In this document: positions 40,747 through 50,937 of the stretch, one piece after another | Numbering within the stretch: the stretch's first letter is position 1 | How the letters are laid out: each line of letters starts with the position of its first letter | Assembly: GCA_032718475.1 (NCBI GenBank) | Contig: JAUCBJ010008761.1 | Coordinates: forward strand, 11,301-75,300 | Direction of reading: 5' to 3' | From: Nemertoderma westbladi | Lineage: Eukaryota > Animalia > Xenacoelomorpha | DNA length: 64,000 nt | Position numbers and translations under genes: made by a program | Notes under the pieces: generated by a model | Databases searched by the model: none | What the model saw: only the letters and a program-made list of their open reading frames with translations | What the model was told of the DNA's origin: nothing

Positions 40747-43700
40747 TTAAGTTTGGGAGTCCCTAGATGTCGGTTGGATTAGGGAAGTGGTCGTGGGAAG
40801 AGTTTCTTGCCTTCCATAGTTTCCGGAGAGCTCTCTGTCTCTTTCCAGTAAACATAAACGTCCCACTGGGCGATTGAGCTGTTGAGTCTCAAAGACTATC
40901 CCTGGTTTCTTAAAGTTCCGCCGCATGACGACGAGCTCTACTGATCGCACCAAACCATCGCTCGAGATATAAGTCTCGATGATACGTCCTGTTTGCCATC
41001 GCTTACGTGGGAGATCGGGGTCCACAATAAGCACCATGTCTCCAGCGCTGACGTTTTCTTGCTGCGCAAACCACTTAGTTCGAAGTTGTAGAGTGGGCAG
41101 GTAATGTTTCTCGAAATGGTCAGCGAAACGACGGGATAGCAACTGCATAAGTTGCCAGGTTCGACGGCAGTACTCGTCTCCGTCTGTGATCTCCGATTGC
41201 GGGAGCATGGCTACGGGTTTCTTCAGTAGGAAGTGCGCGGGTGTTAGCGCTTCCAGGGAATCAGGATTTGAAGAGACTGGCATAAGCGGTCTTTCGTTGA
41301 GATAGGCGGCGATTTCCTCCATTAACGTCCGCAATAGTTCGTCGGTGAGATAAGCGCGACAAGGCACAATAAAGTGGAACGCAGTCTTCACGCTCCTAAT
41401 CAACCTCTCCCAACTTCCTCCCCACCAAGGGGCGTCGGCGGCGTTGAAGGTCCAGCTAGACGCTGTTATCCTTAGCTGATCGTCCACCTGTCTTTTATTC
41501 CAGTCCTTTACGTAAGCTTGAATTTCGTTGTTGGCGCCAATGAAGTTCGTTCCCTTATCCGATCTCATCGTGTTACTGGTTCCGAAGCGAGCGATCTGTC
41601 GTCGTAAACTCAACACGAAGCTGTTGGTGGATAGATCGTTTACCATATCGAGATGGATAGCTCTACAAGTCATACAAACGAAGATGACACACCATCTCTT
41701 GACTATAGTCCGGGCACGATATACTTCAATAGGGCCAAATAAATCCACACCGGTATTAGTAAAGGGTGGTTCATAGAAGCTTACTCTTTCCCTAGGTAAT
41801 TCTGCCTCTCGCTGCGTTAAAGGCCTACTGAATGCTTTCCTACAGGGTATACAATTCCTAAGAACTTGGTTCAGAGCCCTACGGGGTTTATAAAAATAGT
41901 AGCGAGTTCGAATTTCGCTCAGAACTCGTTCTCTACCAGCATGGTACAGTTTGCTATGAACATCTACAATCATCTTGATTTGTATATCAAGATTTCTAAT
42001 GAGTATGGGAAACTTAGTGTCAAAGGATAATGGGGCGTTTGTTAATCTACCTCCAACACGTATTAACCCATCTATCATGGTACTAGAGAAGCGATCCCTT
42101 AAGCGCATCTGTGGATTTCTTAACAACAGGAAATACTTATCGGAATCCTCATAGCATTGTAGGAGTCTCAGCATCTGTTTGTTGGTTTCATCATGCTCCT
42201 GGTAGCTGATCTTCTCCTTTAGAAACCTGTCGGGTATCTTGTATTTAGGAATATCTTTAATAACATGGACTCGTGCAGATGTTGATGGAGCGTCATCGCT
42301 ATTGGTCTTTGTTCCGGAGTAACGATGATGAAAACATCGTTTCAAATAGGTAACAGCCTTACAGAGCCGATTCCAGGAACTGTAGTGACGTATCGCTCTC
42401 TGCAAGAGAGGTGAGAGTCCTTGCGAGATATCTGGTATTCCAGATTTCCAATCCTTGTCACGGATTTCCATGACTTCTTTCGTCGTGGCGGTGGGTTTCT
42501 GATCCAAAGCATCATCTCCGGAAGTAAATAATACAGATAGATCAACCGCAGGTTTAAACAACTTCGATTTACTCGCTCGAGTTTTGGGTTTAACTTTCTC
42601 CGCTCCCTTGGCCTGTCTGATCTCTGCTGTTGTGAGATGGGGTGGCCATTCTTCTTCTTCTCGGTAGAGAAAGTCGGGTCCACCTAACCATTCGGGAGTA
42701 TTTACCAATTCCTTTGGAGTCGCTTCTCGGGACGCGATGTCCGCTGGATTAATCGTTCCGGGGCAATGTCTCCATTGGTCCATCGTCGTGCGACTAAGTA
42801 TGATGGCTACCCTGTTGGTAACGAAGACGCTGAACTGACAGACTTCATTGGTTATATACTCTAACACGAGTAAAGCGTCGGTCCAATAGACAGTTTTCTC
42901 TAACGTATAGTCAATCTGTTCGGTTACATTCCGGCCGATGGCTGTAGCGTATAGAGCCGCTTTTAACTCCGCTCGAGGAACTTTCAACTTGTTGTTGATT
43001 AATGCCTTAGAAGTAACCAAGGCGACTTTGATTCCATCCGGAGTTTCCACTCTTAGGTAGGCTACTATACCGATTCCCATATCGCTGGCGTCTCCAAACA
43101 CATGGAGTTGATAGGAATACGTAGGGAGAACATGACCAAAATATGAACGGGAAATTATAAACTCCTCGATAGCCGGTAGAGAATCTTCCCATTTCATCCA
43201 CTGCTTCAGTAATTCACCCTTAAGTGGATCGTCCCATGAGTGGTTTTCAAGCCACATTTGTTGTACCAAACTTCGAGCAATCAATATAACTGGGCTAATA
43301 AATCCCAATGGATCGAAATAAGTGCTCAGTATACTTAAGCAAATCCGTTTGGTTCGAACAGGATTATCTCGCTGTTTTAGTTGGAAAAACAGGATATCTC
43401 TCTCTGTGTCCCATTTCAAGCCGAGTGTCTTGGTTTCTGGCAGATCATCTTTGATCAAATCAAGATCTTTCGCTCCGCGATCTTCCGCAGGAATCGACTC
43501 CAGAAACTCACGGGAGTTGCTGGTGAATTTGGTTAATCGAAATCCACCTCTTTTTAAGCACTCTACCGTTCCCTTAGCGACCTCAATGGCTTCCTCAACT
43601 GATGGAAGGGACTTCAGATTGTCGTCCATGTATATGTCTCTCTTGATGTTGTCGATCACTTCCTTAGAGAAGGCCTCTCTATTGTCCTCTGCAGTAGTAC

Positions 43701-46700
43701 GCACTACCGAACAGGCGTTGGAAGGGCTTGAGATTATCCCAAAGGCCTGGATGGTCATCCAGTACTCCACCGGTTTCTGGTTGAGGTCTCCTTCGGGCCA
43801 CCACAGAAATCGTAGACTATCTCGATCCCTATCTAACACCTTGACTTGTAAGAACATGCCTTCTATATCGGAGGCGAAAGCAATCGAATATTGTCTCAAT
43901 CTTAAAAGAATTCCCAACAAAGATTGAAGCAAGTTGGGTCCGGGTAACAATTCAGAGTTAAGGGATTGACCCATGTAAAGAACGGAGCCGTCAAACACTA
44001 CTCTCACTTCGTGTGGTTTACCGGGTTTAGGAACGTAATGGTGAGTTAAATAATACGTTCTTTCAGTCACAGGTGTTTCTTCCGGTACTCTCTCCGCGTA
44101 TCCCTTATTAATAAATTTTTCTAGCTGTGTTTGATACATGGCTTTCGCTGAAGAATTAGCCGTAAGGCGTCGATGGAGTTGCGCGATTCTTTTTTCCGCC
44201 AAAGGTCTGTTATTGATGAACTTCGGTTCTTTCTTGCGGAAAGGTAAACCGACTTCATACCTACCTTGATCTTTGAGGAAACATGTAGTTGTCTCTTGGA
44301 TCTGCTTGGCCCTTTCCTCTTCCACCGACAAGGCTTTATCGTAGGAATTGGGCTCTACCGCCTCTTGCGTAAAGAATCGTACAGCATGTTCATCCCGAAT
44401 CTTGGCATTATGACGCTCAATGACGTCATTTAACTCGTCGTTATAAGCTTCTCGTTCCGATGGATAGAGAAGTTGACATAAGTTCACTTGGTTTTGCCAA
44501 GCCTCGTTTTCCTTAAGGAGATCGATGGTATTCTCCTCATCAAAAAGCTGGTGAACATCGTCGTTATCTGAGGAGTATGGAATTCCCTCAGTTGAGTTGT
44601 CTCCCTCACTGGTATCATCTTCCCATTCACTCACCTGGCATACGCTCTCTTGCGGTAGTCTTTCTCTGAGTGTTCTACGGGAAGGGCCAGTAAAGTACCA
44701 ACCTACTCTAGTTCTTACCGCATAGGTCTGTAGTGGCTGCGGTTGAGCAGGCCGTTTCTCTAATGTCTCCAGCGCCTCATGCGCGTTTTGGCCGATGAGT
44801 ATTTGCACTCCAGGATAATCAGTCTGGAATCGAGGTATGTTAAGATGTTGGATGCTCTCATCCTCGTCCCAATTATAAAGGTCTGCTTGAGTAGTAGCGA
44901 AGTTCTTTATAGCCACCATTTTCACTGACCTTATGCTGTGTTCTCCTAGTTCGTCTTGTGGGGTGGACAACGCGCCTACATAATAATCAGCTGTTATTGT
45001 AGATTTCCAAACTTGCATTATGCCAGACATGTTGAGCTTAGTTTGGAACTTGAGTTGTCCAGCAAATATATCTTCGGCTAGCTCTTTGTCGATGAATGTT
45101 CCTGTACTACCGGAGTCGAGGAGGGCGTTCACTACATAACTCCTCTTAGGTCCGTGAACCCTCACCTGCACCACAGGAAACTCTCGGATCCCTACATTTG
45201 AAGATGGCTCTTTCCAAGATGGTTGTCGCTCAGAAGTAGTTAGAGTAAAGTCGTTGTCTGGATCCTTTTCATATGTGAGTGCTCGATACACTGCGGTATT
45301 TATCATGTAACAGGATTCGTTTTCGTCGGAGAACTCATCTGTATAGAATCCTTCCATCTCAGATTGATCAGTGTCGTTCACATCACTGAATTGGACATGT
45401 AACTCGGAATCACTTACCTGATTCGGACTATTTCGATCGAATTCAGCGTGCAACAAGATATGATGTTTCGCACCACACTTTGCACATCTTATGTCCGAGA
45501 AACAGGTACGCCGTTGGTGTCCTTGTCTGAGGCAATTATAACATAACCGCTTATCCCACATAACTTCGCGTCTCTCCGTTAATGATTTCTTTAGAAATTC
45601 ATCACACCTATTCAAATAGTGGGTCCCGTCACACAGCGCACATTTTGGTTTGATGTTACTTACCTTATTCTGAGTCACGTTGTGTACACTTGCCCTTTCT
45701 TCGGGTTTTCTCACCTGAATTCTCTTGGGAGACGTGGGAGGAGTTTTTCTTACCTGTTCCCTCCTGTCATTTGTTCGAGACTTAAATTTACTTACCTGAT
45801 CTTTAGGCATTTTATTCACGTAATAAGATCTATCCGTGTCCTTCCCGCTATCTTCTCCTTGAGAAGTCTGGCTTTCGCCGTCATCGGTATAACATACTGG
45901 TGTTATTTTTCTCCTAGAGACGGGTTTTTCACTTACCTTGTTTTCCGGTGTTTTCTCCCTAGACTGTTTCAGGAGCTGTAATTTCACTTCTCCATCTAGG
46001 AATGACATGAGATCAGCCATGGTAGGGTCTCGCCGTTGTTGTTCCATCATATATAACACTTTCTTATCCCAGCGTGTACCTACTCCACCTTTAGGTAAAG
46101 TAGAAGCCACTGCTCTAATAACCATAGTGTTCTGATACTCATGAGACTTACCTAGCCAATCTAATTGTCTGCAGATCTCCTGGATCTCATCGGAAAACTC
46201 GATAATTCCGCTACTAATAAACTTTCGGGGCGCTACTAACTTTGCATACAAGTACCCAGCGATATTATTCCTATTACCATACCTGATGTTTAGTGTATCC
46301 CAAACTTGTCTTAATCCGTCTGGATGTCCAATAAACTTTAACGCCATTAACTTGGGAGATCCTTCCAAGCACTCGATGAGGTATCTAAGTTTTTCTCCAT
46401 TAGATAGTACAGAGTTCTGTATGTTATCTTTGTAATATTCATTAAAAGGTAACCATTTCATCTCATCTCCATTGAACTTGACGATCTCTCCAACCTTTAC
46501 CGCTTGCCGGGCTTCGGTTCTAGCCATTTGACGCGTAAAACTTTCTTGGGCCATCGTGCTATTTAATATCGAGTTATCGGTATATAAATTTCTCGGATTA
46601 TGATCCGGTCTATAGGGAATATCACTATCAACAGGTCTATAATTACCCTTAATAGGGTTCACTATAGGAGTTTCTACTTCGCTAGCAGTATAGATGCGTG

Positions 46701-48777
46701 TAGGCTCCACACCTTGCCCATGAGATACTTCAGGTTTTTGGGTATTTACTAATTTATCGCGTTCAAGCGCGATACTTTGCTGCACTTCTTGCAACTCTAG
46801 CCTACTTTCCCTTACTGTGCCCTTGAATTGCAGGACAGTCTCCTGCATCTGCCCGAGCAGGATATCCATCCCCCGCCGTCTCTCGTCTACCCAATCAACC
46901 GCCGAAACGGGATCCGCCAACGTCGTAGCGGGCGGACGAGGGACAACGGGCGACAAATTTGGAATATTTCGCTCGGGGTCCAGGACCTGAACTGTCTCTT
47001 GGGCAGTTCTACGGGGCACAGGTAGCTTAGTGCTATGCAGAGGGAATTTAGAAGTAGTTTCAGGGAGCACAGGTGTATCTATCACTGAAGGGGTGATTTC
47101 AAGAACAGGCCTAATTATTTCAGGCTCATCTACTATAGTAGGGAGTCTTTCTATTTTAATTATTTGGTCTGTGGGTTCTGTACTACCTAAGTTGGTGTTA
47201 TTTAGTTGCCTTCTAACAGCTGGAGGCAAATCAGGCAATTTCTGACGGTGGAATGTTCTTTTACGTCTGCTTAGACGAGATCGATTTCCTCCGCCGTCAG
47301 TGTCGGTGGTATCGCCTTCCTCAGATGATGTATAACCTTGTCGTTTGGGAGTAGATCGATTCATCATCTGCATATTACTAGCTGTTAACTGTTTATTAAA
47401 GTTATCTTGCCTCTCTTGAAGATTTTCCAACTCTAGTTGGGTTGTCTCTTCAGATGCCCTCCGTTCTGCTTCTGCCACTGCTATCTTTCTTTCCGCTTCT
47501 GCCGCTGCCGCTTTCCTTTCCGCAGCTGCCGCCTTTGCCTCTGCCGCTGCCTCTGCTGCCTTTCGTTCCGCTTCTGCCGCTGCCACTGCCGCTGCTGCTG
47601 TCTTTCTATCTTCTATACGTTTTTTCTTTACTTGTTCTTCTTGAACCTTGGCGATGCGGAGTTGTTCATCGAATTTAGCTTGGTTCGCCGCTAACCTATC
47701 CACATCAATTGCATCTAACACAAGTTTGGCTCCTTCGCTGTTAGGGCTAAGTCCCTCCAGCCTTCTCCTCAACTCGTCATCTCCTAAAAAACGCTGATAG
47801 TCTGACAGATAGATGTCAATGGCATCCTTCTTATGCGGTTTCTCTGCCGTCGCTTCACTTTCCACTTGGGAAAAAGTAGCGTCTGTTGATTCTCCATGGG
47901 TTGAGCGCTCCTCCAACTGAGCTTTCCACTGAGCTGCTCCTTGAACCTGGCGACTCACCCGTTGAAACCAAGTCTTTACGGCAACTTGCAACGACGTGTC
48001 TTGTTTTCTTTTAGAAGCCTCCTCAAAGGCGGATAAGATTAGCCTAATCCGCAGAACTCTTTCTCTAACTTGATAAAGCAGCTGTCCCTGCTCTTGAGGT
48101 CCTTGAGGTTGTTGAAACAGTTGTCTCTCTACTCGCTCCATAGAGCTGAAGAATCCCTGGGCGTATCCGGCTGCGGACCTCTTCCACACAGCTGGATCGA
48201 TGGTTTCCTTGGCTACTCCCATCCGGTGTATGTCTTCCCAGGCAGCTTCTGATAAATCAAACGGGAGTCCGGGTCCGGGGAAGTTCCATTGCGACTCGAC
48301 AATAGACTTCAGTTCTTCACTAGTGTATCCCGCGTAGCTATCTCTAGTTGACCGTTGACTTCTCGCCCAATCGATCTGGTGTTCTTCCACCGCGATCAAT
48401 AACCCAGCGAGCACGGCTGCAGGAAGGATGAGAAGGGGATCCGTATAAACCGCATCCGTCATCTCTGCTCCGCTCTCGGGTGTCAGCTCTACAGTATCCT
48501 CACTACTGGAGCTGCTGGGCCGCTGAGGAATAAGTTCTTGACTAGTGGGTTGTTGCTGTTCCGCTGCCTTTTGGTCCCGCTTGACCTGAGCTCGAGTGCC
48601 TATGATAGACCTACGATGTTGGACCAGCCTAGGTTCTGTTATTACTACTGGAGGGATGACCTTCCTCACAGTGGGAGGTGAACTGGATTTACGACCAGAC
48701 GGTTGTACGTCTCTATCTGAGTCGCAGATAGTTACATCTAATAAACTGTCTGACAGGTTCTGCTTAGTATCAGACAT
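40747..48777 (-). CDS. BEL/Pao Gag-Pol polyprotein, 2676 aa, intact
   Basis: Gag DUF1759-like (KFNGDEMKW..F...EKLRYL); three knuckles (CALCDGTHYLNRC, CYNCLRQGHQRRTC, CAKCGAKHHILLH); protease ALLDSGS; RT (RVVFDGS, DIEGMFLQV, YMDD); Pao RNase H (LHVFGDAS, PRAEL, YWTD, NPADIASR); integrase HHCC plus DLFGP/SDKGTNF/PWWGGSWERL; DUF5641-like tail. Confidence 0.98.
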   Translation of the reverse strand: MSDTKQNLSDSLLDVTICDSDRDVQPSGRKSSSPPTVRKVIPPVVITEPRLVQHRRSIIGTRAQVKRDQKAAEQQQPTSQELIPQRPSSSSSEDTVELTPESGAEMTDAVYTDPLLILPAAVLAGLLIAVEEHQIDWARSQRSTRDSYAGYTSEELKSIVESQWNFPGPGLPFDLSEAAWEDIHRMGVAKETIDPAVWKRSAAGYAQGFFSSMERVERQLFQQPQGPQEQGQLLYQVRERVLRIRLILSAFEEASKRKQDTSLQVAVKTWFQRVSRQVQGAAQWKAQLEERSTHGESTDATFSQVESEATAEKPHKKDAIDIYLSDYQRFLGDDELRRRLEGLSPNSEGAKLVLDAIDVDRLAANQAKFDEQLRIAKVQEEQVKKKRIEDRKTAAAAVAAAEAERKAAEAAAEAKAAAAERKAAAAEAERKIAVAEAERRASEETTQLELENLQERQDNFNKQLTASNMQMMNRSTPKRQGYTSSEEGDTTDTDGGGNRSRLSRRKRTFHRQKLPDLPPAVRRQLNNTNLGSTEPTDQIIKIERLPTIVDEPEIIRPVLEITPSVIDTPVLPETTSKFPLHSTKLPVPRRTAQETVQVLDPERNIPNLSPVVPRPPATTLADPVSAVDWVDERRRGMDILLGQMQETVLQFKGTVRESRLELQEVQQSIALERDKLVNTQKPEVSHGQGVEPTRIYTASEVETPIVNPIKGNYRPVDSDIPYRPDHNPRNLYTDNSILNSTMAQESFTRQMARTEARQAVKVGEIVKFNGDEMKWLPFNEYYKDNIQNSVLSNGEKLRYLIECLEGSPKLMALKFIGHPDGLRQVWDTLNIRYGNRNNIAGYLYAKLVAPRKFISSGIIEFSDEIQEICRQLDWLGKSHEYQNTMVIRAVASTLPKGGVGTRWDKKVLYMMEQQRRDPTMADLMSFLDGEVKLQLLKQSREKTPENKVSEKPVSRRKITPVCYTDDGESQTSQGEDSGKDTDRSYYVNKMPKDQVSKFKSRTNDRREQVRKTPPTSPKRIQVRKPEERASVHNVTQNKVSNIKPKCALCDGTHYLNRCDEFLKKSLTERREVMWDKRLCYNCLRQGHQRRTCFSDIRCAKCGAKHHILLHAEFDRNSPNQVSDSELHVQFSDVNDTDQSEMEGFYTDEFSDENESCYMINTAVYRALTYEKDPDNDFTLTTSERQPSWKEPSSNVGIREFPVVQVRVHGPKRSYVVNALLDSGSTGTFIDKELAEDIFAGQLKFQTKLNMSGIMQVWKSTITADYYVGALSTPQDELGEHSIRSVKMVAIKNFATTQADLYNWDEDESIQHLNIPRFQTDYPGVQILIGQNAHEALETLEKRPAQPQPLQTYAVRTRVGWYFTGPSRRTLRERLPQESVCQVSEWEDDTSEGDNSTEGIPYSSDNDDVHQLFDEENTIDLLKENEAWQNQVNLCQLLYPSEREAYNDELNDVIERHNAKIRDEHAVRFFTQEAVEPNSYDKALSVEEERAKQIQETTTCFLKDQGRYEVGLPFRKKEPKFINNRPLAEKRIAQLHRRLTANSSAKAMYQTQLEKFINKGYAERVPEETPVTERTYYLTHHYVPKPGKPHEVRVVFDGSVLYMGQSLNSELLPGPNLLQSLLGILLRLRQYSIAFASDIEGMFLQVKVLDRDRDSLRFLWWPEGDLNQKPVEYWMTIQAFGIISSPSNACSVVRTTAEDNREAFSKEVIDNIKRDIYMDDNLKSLPSVEEAIEVAKGTVECLKRGGFRLTKFTSNSREFLESIPAEDRGAKDLDLIKDDLPETKTLGLKWDTERDILFFQLKQRDNPVRTKRICLSILSTYFDPLGFISPVILIARSLVQQMWLENHSWDDPLKGELLKQWMKWEDSLPAIEEFIISRSYFGHVLPTYSYQLHVFGDASDMGIGIVAYLRVETPDGIKVALVTSKALINNKLKVPRAELKAALYATAIGRNVTEQIDYTLEKTVYWTDALLVLEYITNEVCQFSVFVTNRVAIILSRTTMDQWRHCPGTINPADIASREATPKELVNTPEWLGGPDFLYREEEEWPPHLTTAEIRQAKGAEKVKPKTRASKSKLFKPAVDLSVLFTSGDDALDQKPTATTKEVMEIRDKDWKSGIPDISQGLSPLLQRAIRHYSSWNRLCKAVTYLKRCFHHRYSGTKTNSDDAPSTSARVHVIKDIPKYKIPDRFLKEKISYQEHDETNKQMLRLLQCYEDSDKYFLLLRNPQMRLRDRFSSTMIDGLIRVGGRLTNAPLSFDTKFPILIRNLDIQIKMIVDVHSKLYHAGRERVLSEIRTRYYFYKPRRALNQVLRNCIPCRKAFSRPLTQREAELPRERVSFYEPPFTNTGVDLFGPIEVYRARTIVKRWCVIFVCMTCRAIHLDMVNDLSTNSFVLSLRRQIARFGTSNTMRSDKGTNFIGANNEIQAYVKDWNKRQVDDQLRITASSWTFNAADAPWWGGSWERLIRSVKTAFHFIVPCRAYLTDELLRTLMEEIAAYLNERPLMPVSSNPDSLEALTPAHFLLKKPVAMLPQSEITDGDEYCRRTWQLMQLLSRRFADHFEKHYLPTLQLRTKWFAQQENVSAGDMVLIVDPDLPRKRWQTGRIIETYISSDGLVRSVELVVMRRNFKKPGIVFETQQLNRPVGRLCLLERDRELSGNYGRQETLPTTTSLIQPTSRDSQT

Positions 48778-48915
48778 GACTAGGTATGTACAGTTGAATG
48801 CCTACTGCTATATTACAGTCTAAGCAAGTCTAGTAACTCAGTATGAACTGCTAGCCTAGTAATTAATTACCGTTACTGCTACTCAGTGTAGCGTGATATA
48901 TATATAATATATTAG

Positions 48916-49165
48916 AATACCGGTATACTTATAGTATATATAACTATATAAGTATTATTACAGACTAGGTTTATCACAGAATACCGGTATAATTTTAGCA
49001 CAAATATATATAAATATATAATAGGCCTATCGGAATACCGGTATACAGCTTACAGTTTGTAGGATATATAATTCTGAAATAGAATTAATTACAAGTACCG
49101 GTATAATTTCAGCCTAGATTTATAGAAATAAAGATAATAGGCCTATCGTAAATACCGGTATATCA
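48916..49165. repeat. Five degenerate ~55-65-bp units centred on TACCGGTATA in the BEL 5' leader
   Basis: TACCGGTATA at ~48918, 48983, 49035, 49096 and 49153. Confidence 0.75.
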
Positions 49166-50149
49166 ATTATTTCAAATAATTGAATTTCTGTTACTTTAGG
49201 GTTACTTTGTTACTTTACTTACTTTATTACCGTTATTTGAGCAGTAATCCAACTGATATTGGGACCTAATGGTTGTATGGTAGGCCTACTATTTATAAAT
49301 CGTTAGATTTGATTTATAATATATATATACCCGTTTTAATGGGTTTTGTCAATGTTTGAAATAAATGTTATTATTTCTGGGGGTAATCACTACACAAAGC
49401 GGTGCGCTTTCAATGAAGTGTTACCTATGAGACACTAAAACAAATAATACTAATTTACCTAAGTTACTTAATACTACAAATTACGTACAATTCGGGTGAG
49501 ATTACAATCTCTAAATAAACACAAAAATTTACAAAAACACAAATACGAATTTTTAGGGTAATTTTACAAGAAGTCTACAAACCAGCCTAACAAAGGGTTA
49601 GAATTCTGGTTATTACACGGACAGGGTACTACGGTATTTGAAATAATAAGTAGTAGTAAATACACTGCGTTGTCTAGATAGGAAAATACCACCGCCTGAC
49701 GACCTATAGCCGTATCGCTATAGGTTCTACGTTATGTATCACGGAGTGTTCCTACCTAGAAGTTAATAGAGCTAATCGAATGTGCCTATCAACCACTTTA
49801 CAACACAGATATAATGTCTACAATAATTATTTCGGAAAGCACTGTACACTAAACCCTAAATTAGGTACGAGTACTTGTACAACAAATAATCAGTAGTTAA
49901 ATATACTTGAACAGCTAAAAGAACCACGGCATCTGCTGGAGTGACCGATGCACAAAATCACCAGTCTTTACCTACGCCGAGCAGCCCGTGTAGTACCGGG
50001 GTTAATTTAACTATAGCGGTATGTATAACAAACACAATTACTGTAGGAACAAACTTGGGGACTTGAATGTTGCGAATAATCGCATAAACTCTGAATAATA
50101 AATATTACGCTACGCGTACAAACTACTCAAACAAAATACAGACCGAACA

Positions 50150-50665
50150 CTGACAGACTACTATCAAGCCTAAACAAACTACGGTATATGCAGACTCCGA
50201 AATGATTAGGGAGTATGCGCTCTAACCCAGTAGTGCGACTTATTCTTTAGTTGGGGGTTTACCTTACAGCGTTCGCTGCCCCTACTGCCTAATCGTACTT
50301 AATCGGACAGATGATCTACACACGCAGCAATCCGTTCAGACTTAATAACAGCCAGACAACTATCCAGCCTACAAATTATTTAAATAAAATTATACGCTAC
50401 CCGTACAGACTTACACAAACAAAGTACAGACTAAACGATGGCAGACTACTCTCAAGCCTAAATAAACCACAGGACATGCAGACTCCGAAATGATTAGGGA
50501 GTATGCGCTCTAACCCAGTAGTGCGACTTATTCTTTAGTTGGGGGTTTACCTTACCGCATTGGCTGCCCCTACTTCCTAACCGTACTTAATCGGACAAGT
50601 GCTCTACACACACTGTAATCCGTTCAGACCTAACAGCAATCAGACAACAGCTCAGCCTACAAATT
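50150..50665. repeat. ~290-bp-period direct duplication in the BEL 5' leader
   Basis: ATGCAGACTCCGAAATGATTAGGGAGTATGCGCTCTAACCCAGTAGTGCGACTTATTCTTTAGTTGGGGGTTTACCTTAC is identical at ~50187 and ~50476. Confidence 0.9.
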
Positions 50666-50925
50666 GTCTGTACAATCTGATGAGGTTTACACGCCTTCTG
50701 TTCAATACTGGCCTACAAACAAATAAAACTTGACAGAAATAAGTAAAAATCTCAATAAAAAACCAGGGCTGCAGTCCCTGATAAATTATTAAGGCCTACT
50801 GGTATATAACAATCAAAATCGAATAATACTGCTGTAGGTACCGGTCCGGATGATCAGGCAGTCAGGCCTACTGGTTACCGGTCGACCGGTACTTTCAACT
50901 TTATTGCTTACTGCAATAAAGAAGC

Positions 50926-50937
50926 TATATCCTTTAA
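50926..50937 (-). promoter_or_regulatory. PBS position: TTAAAGGATATA (no TGG), complementary to LTR 51720-51731
   Basis: Directly abuts the 5' LTR end and is an exact inverted repeat of a 12-mer in both LTRs. Confidence 0.75.

Noticed and set aside
41528-48823. Plus-strand and alternative-frame ORFs inside gag-pol (e.g. 43322-43927)
   Set aside because: Shadow ORFs of a long coding sequence with no recognisable motifs.
50676-50730. Hammerhead ribozyme core (CTGATGA) in the BEL leader
   Set aside because: No matching GAAA with a closing stem II could be found.
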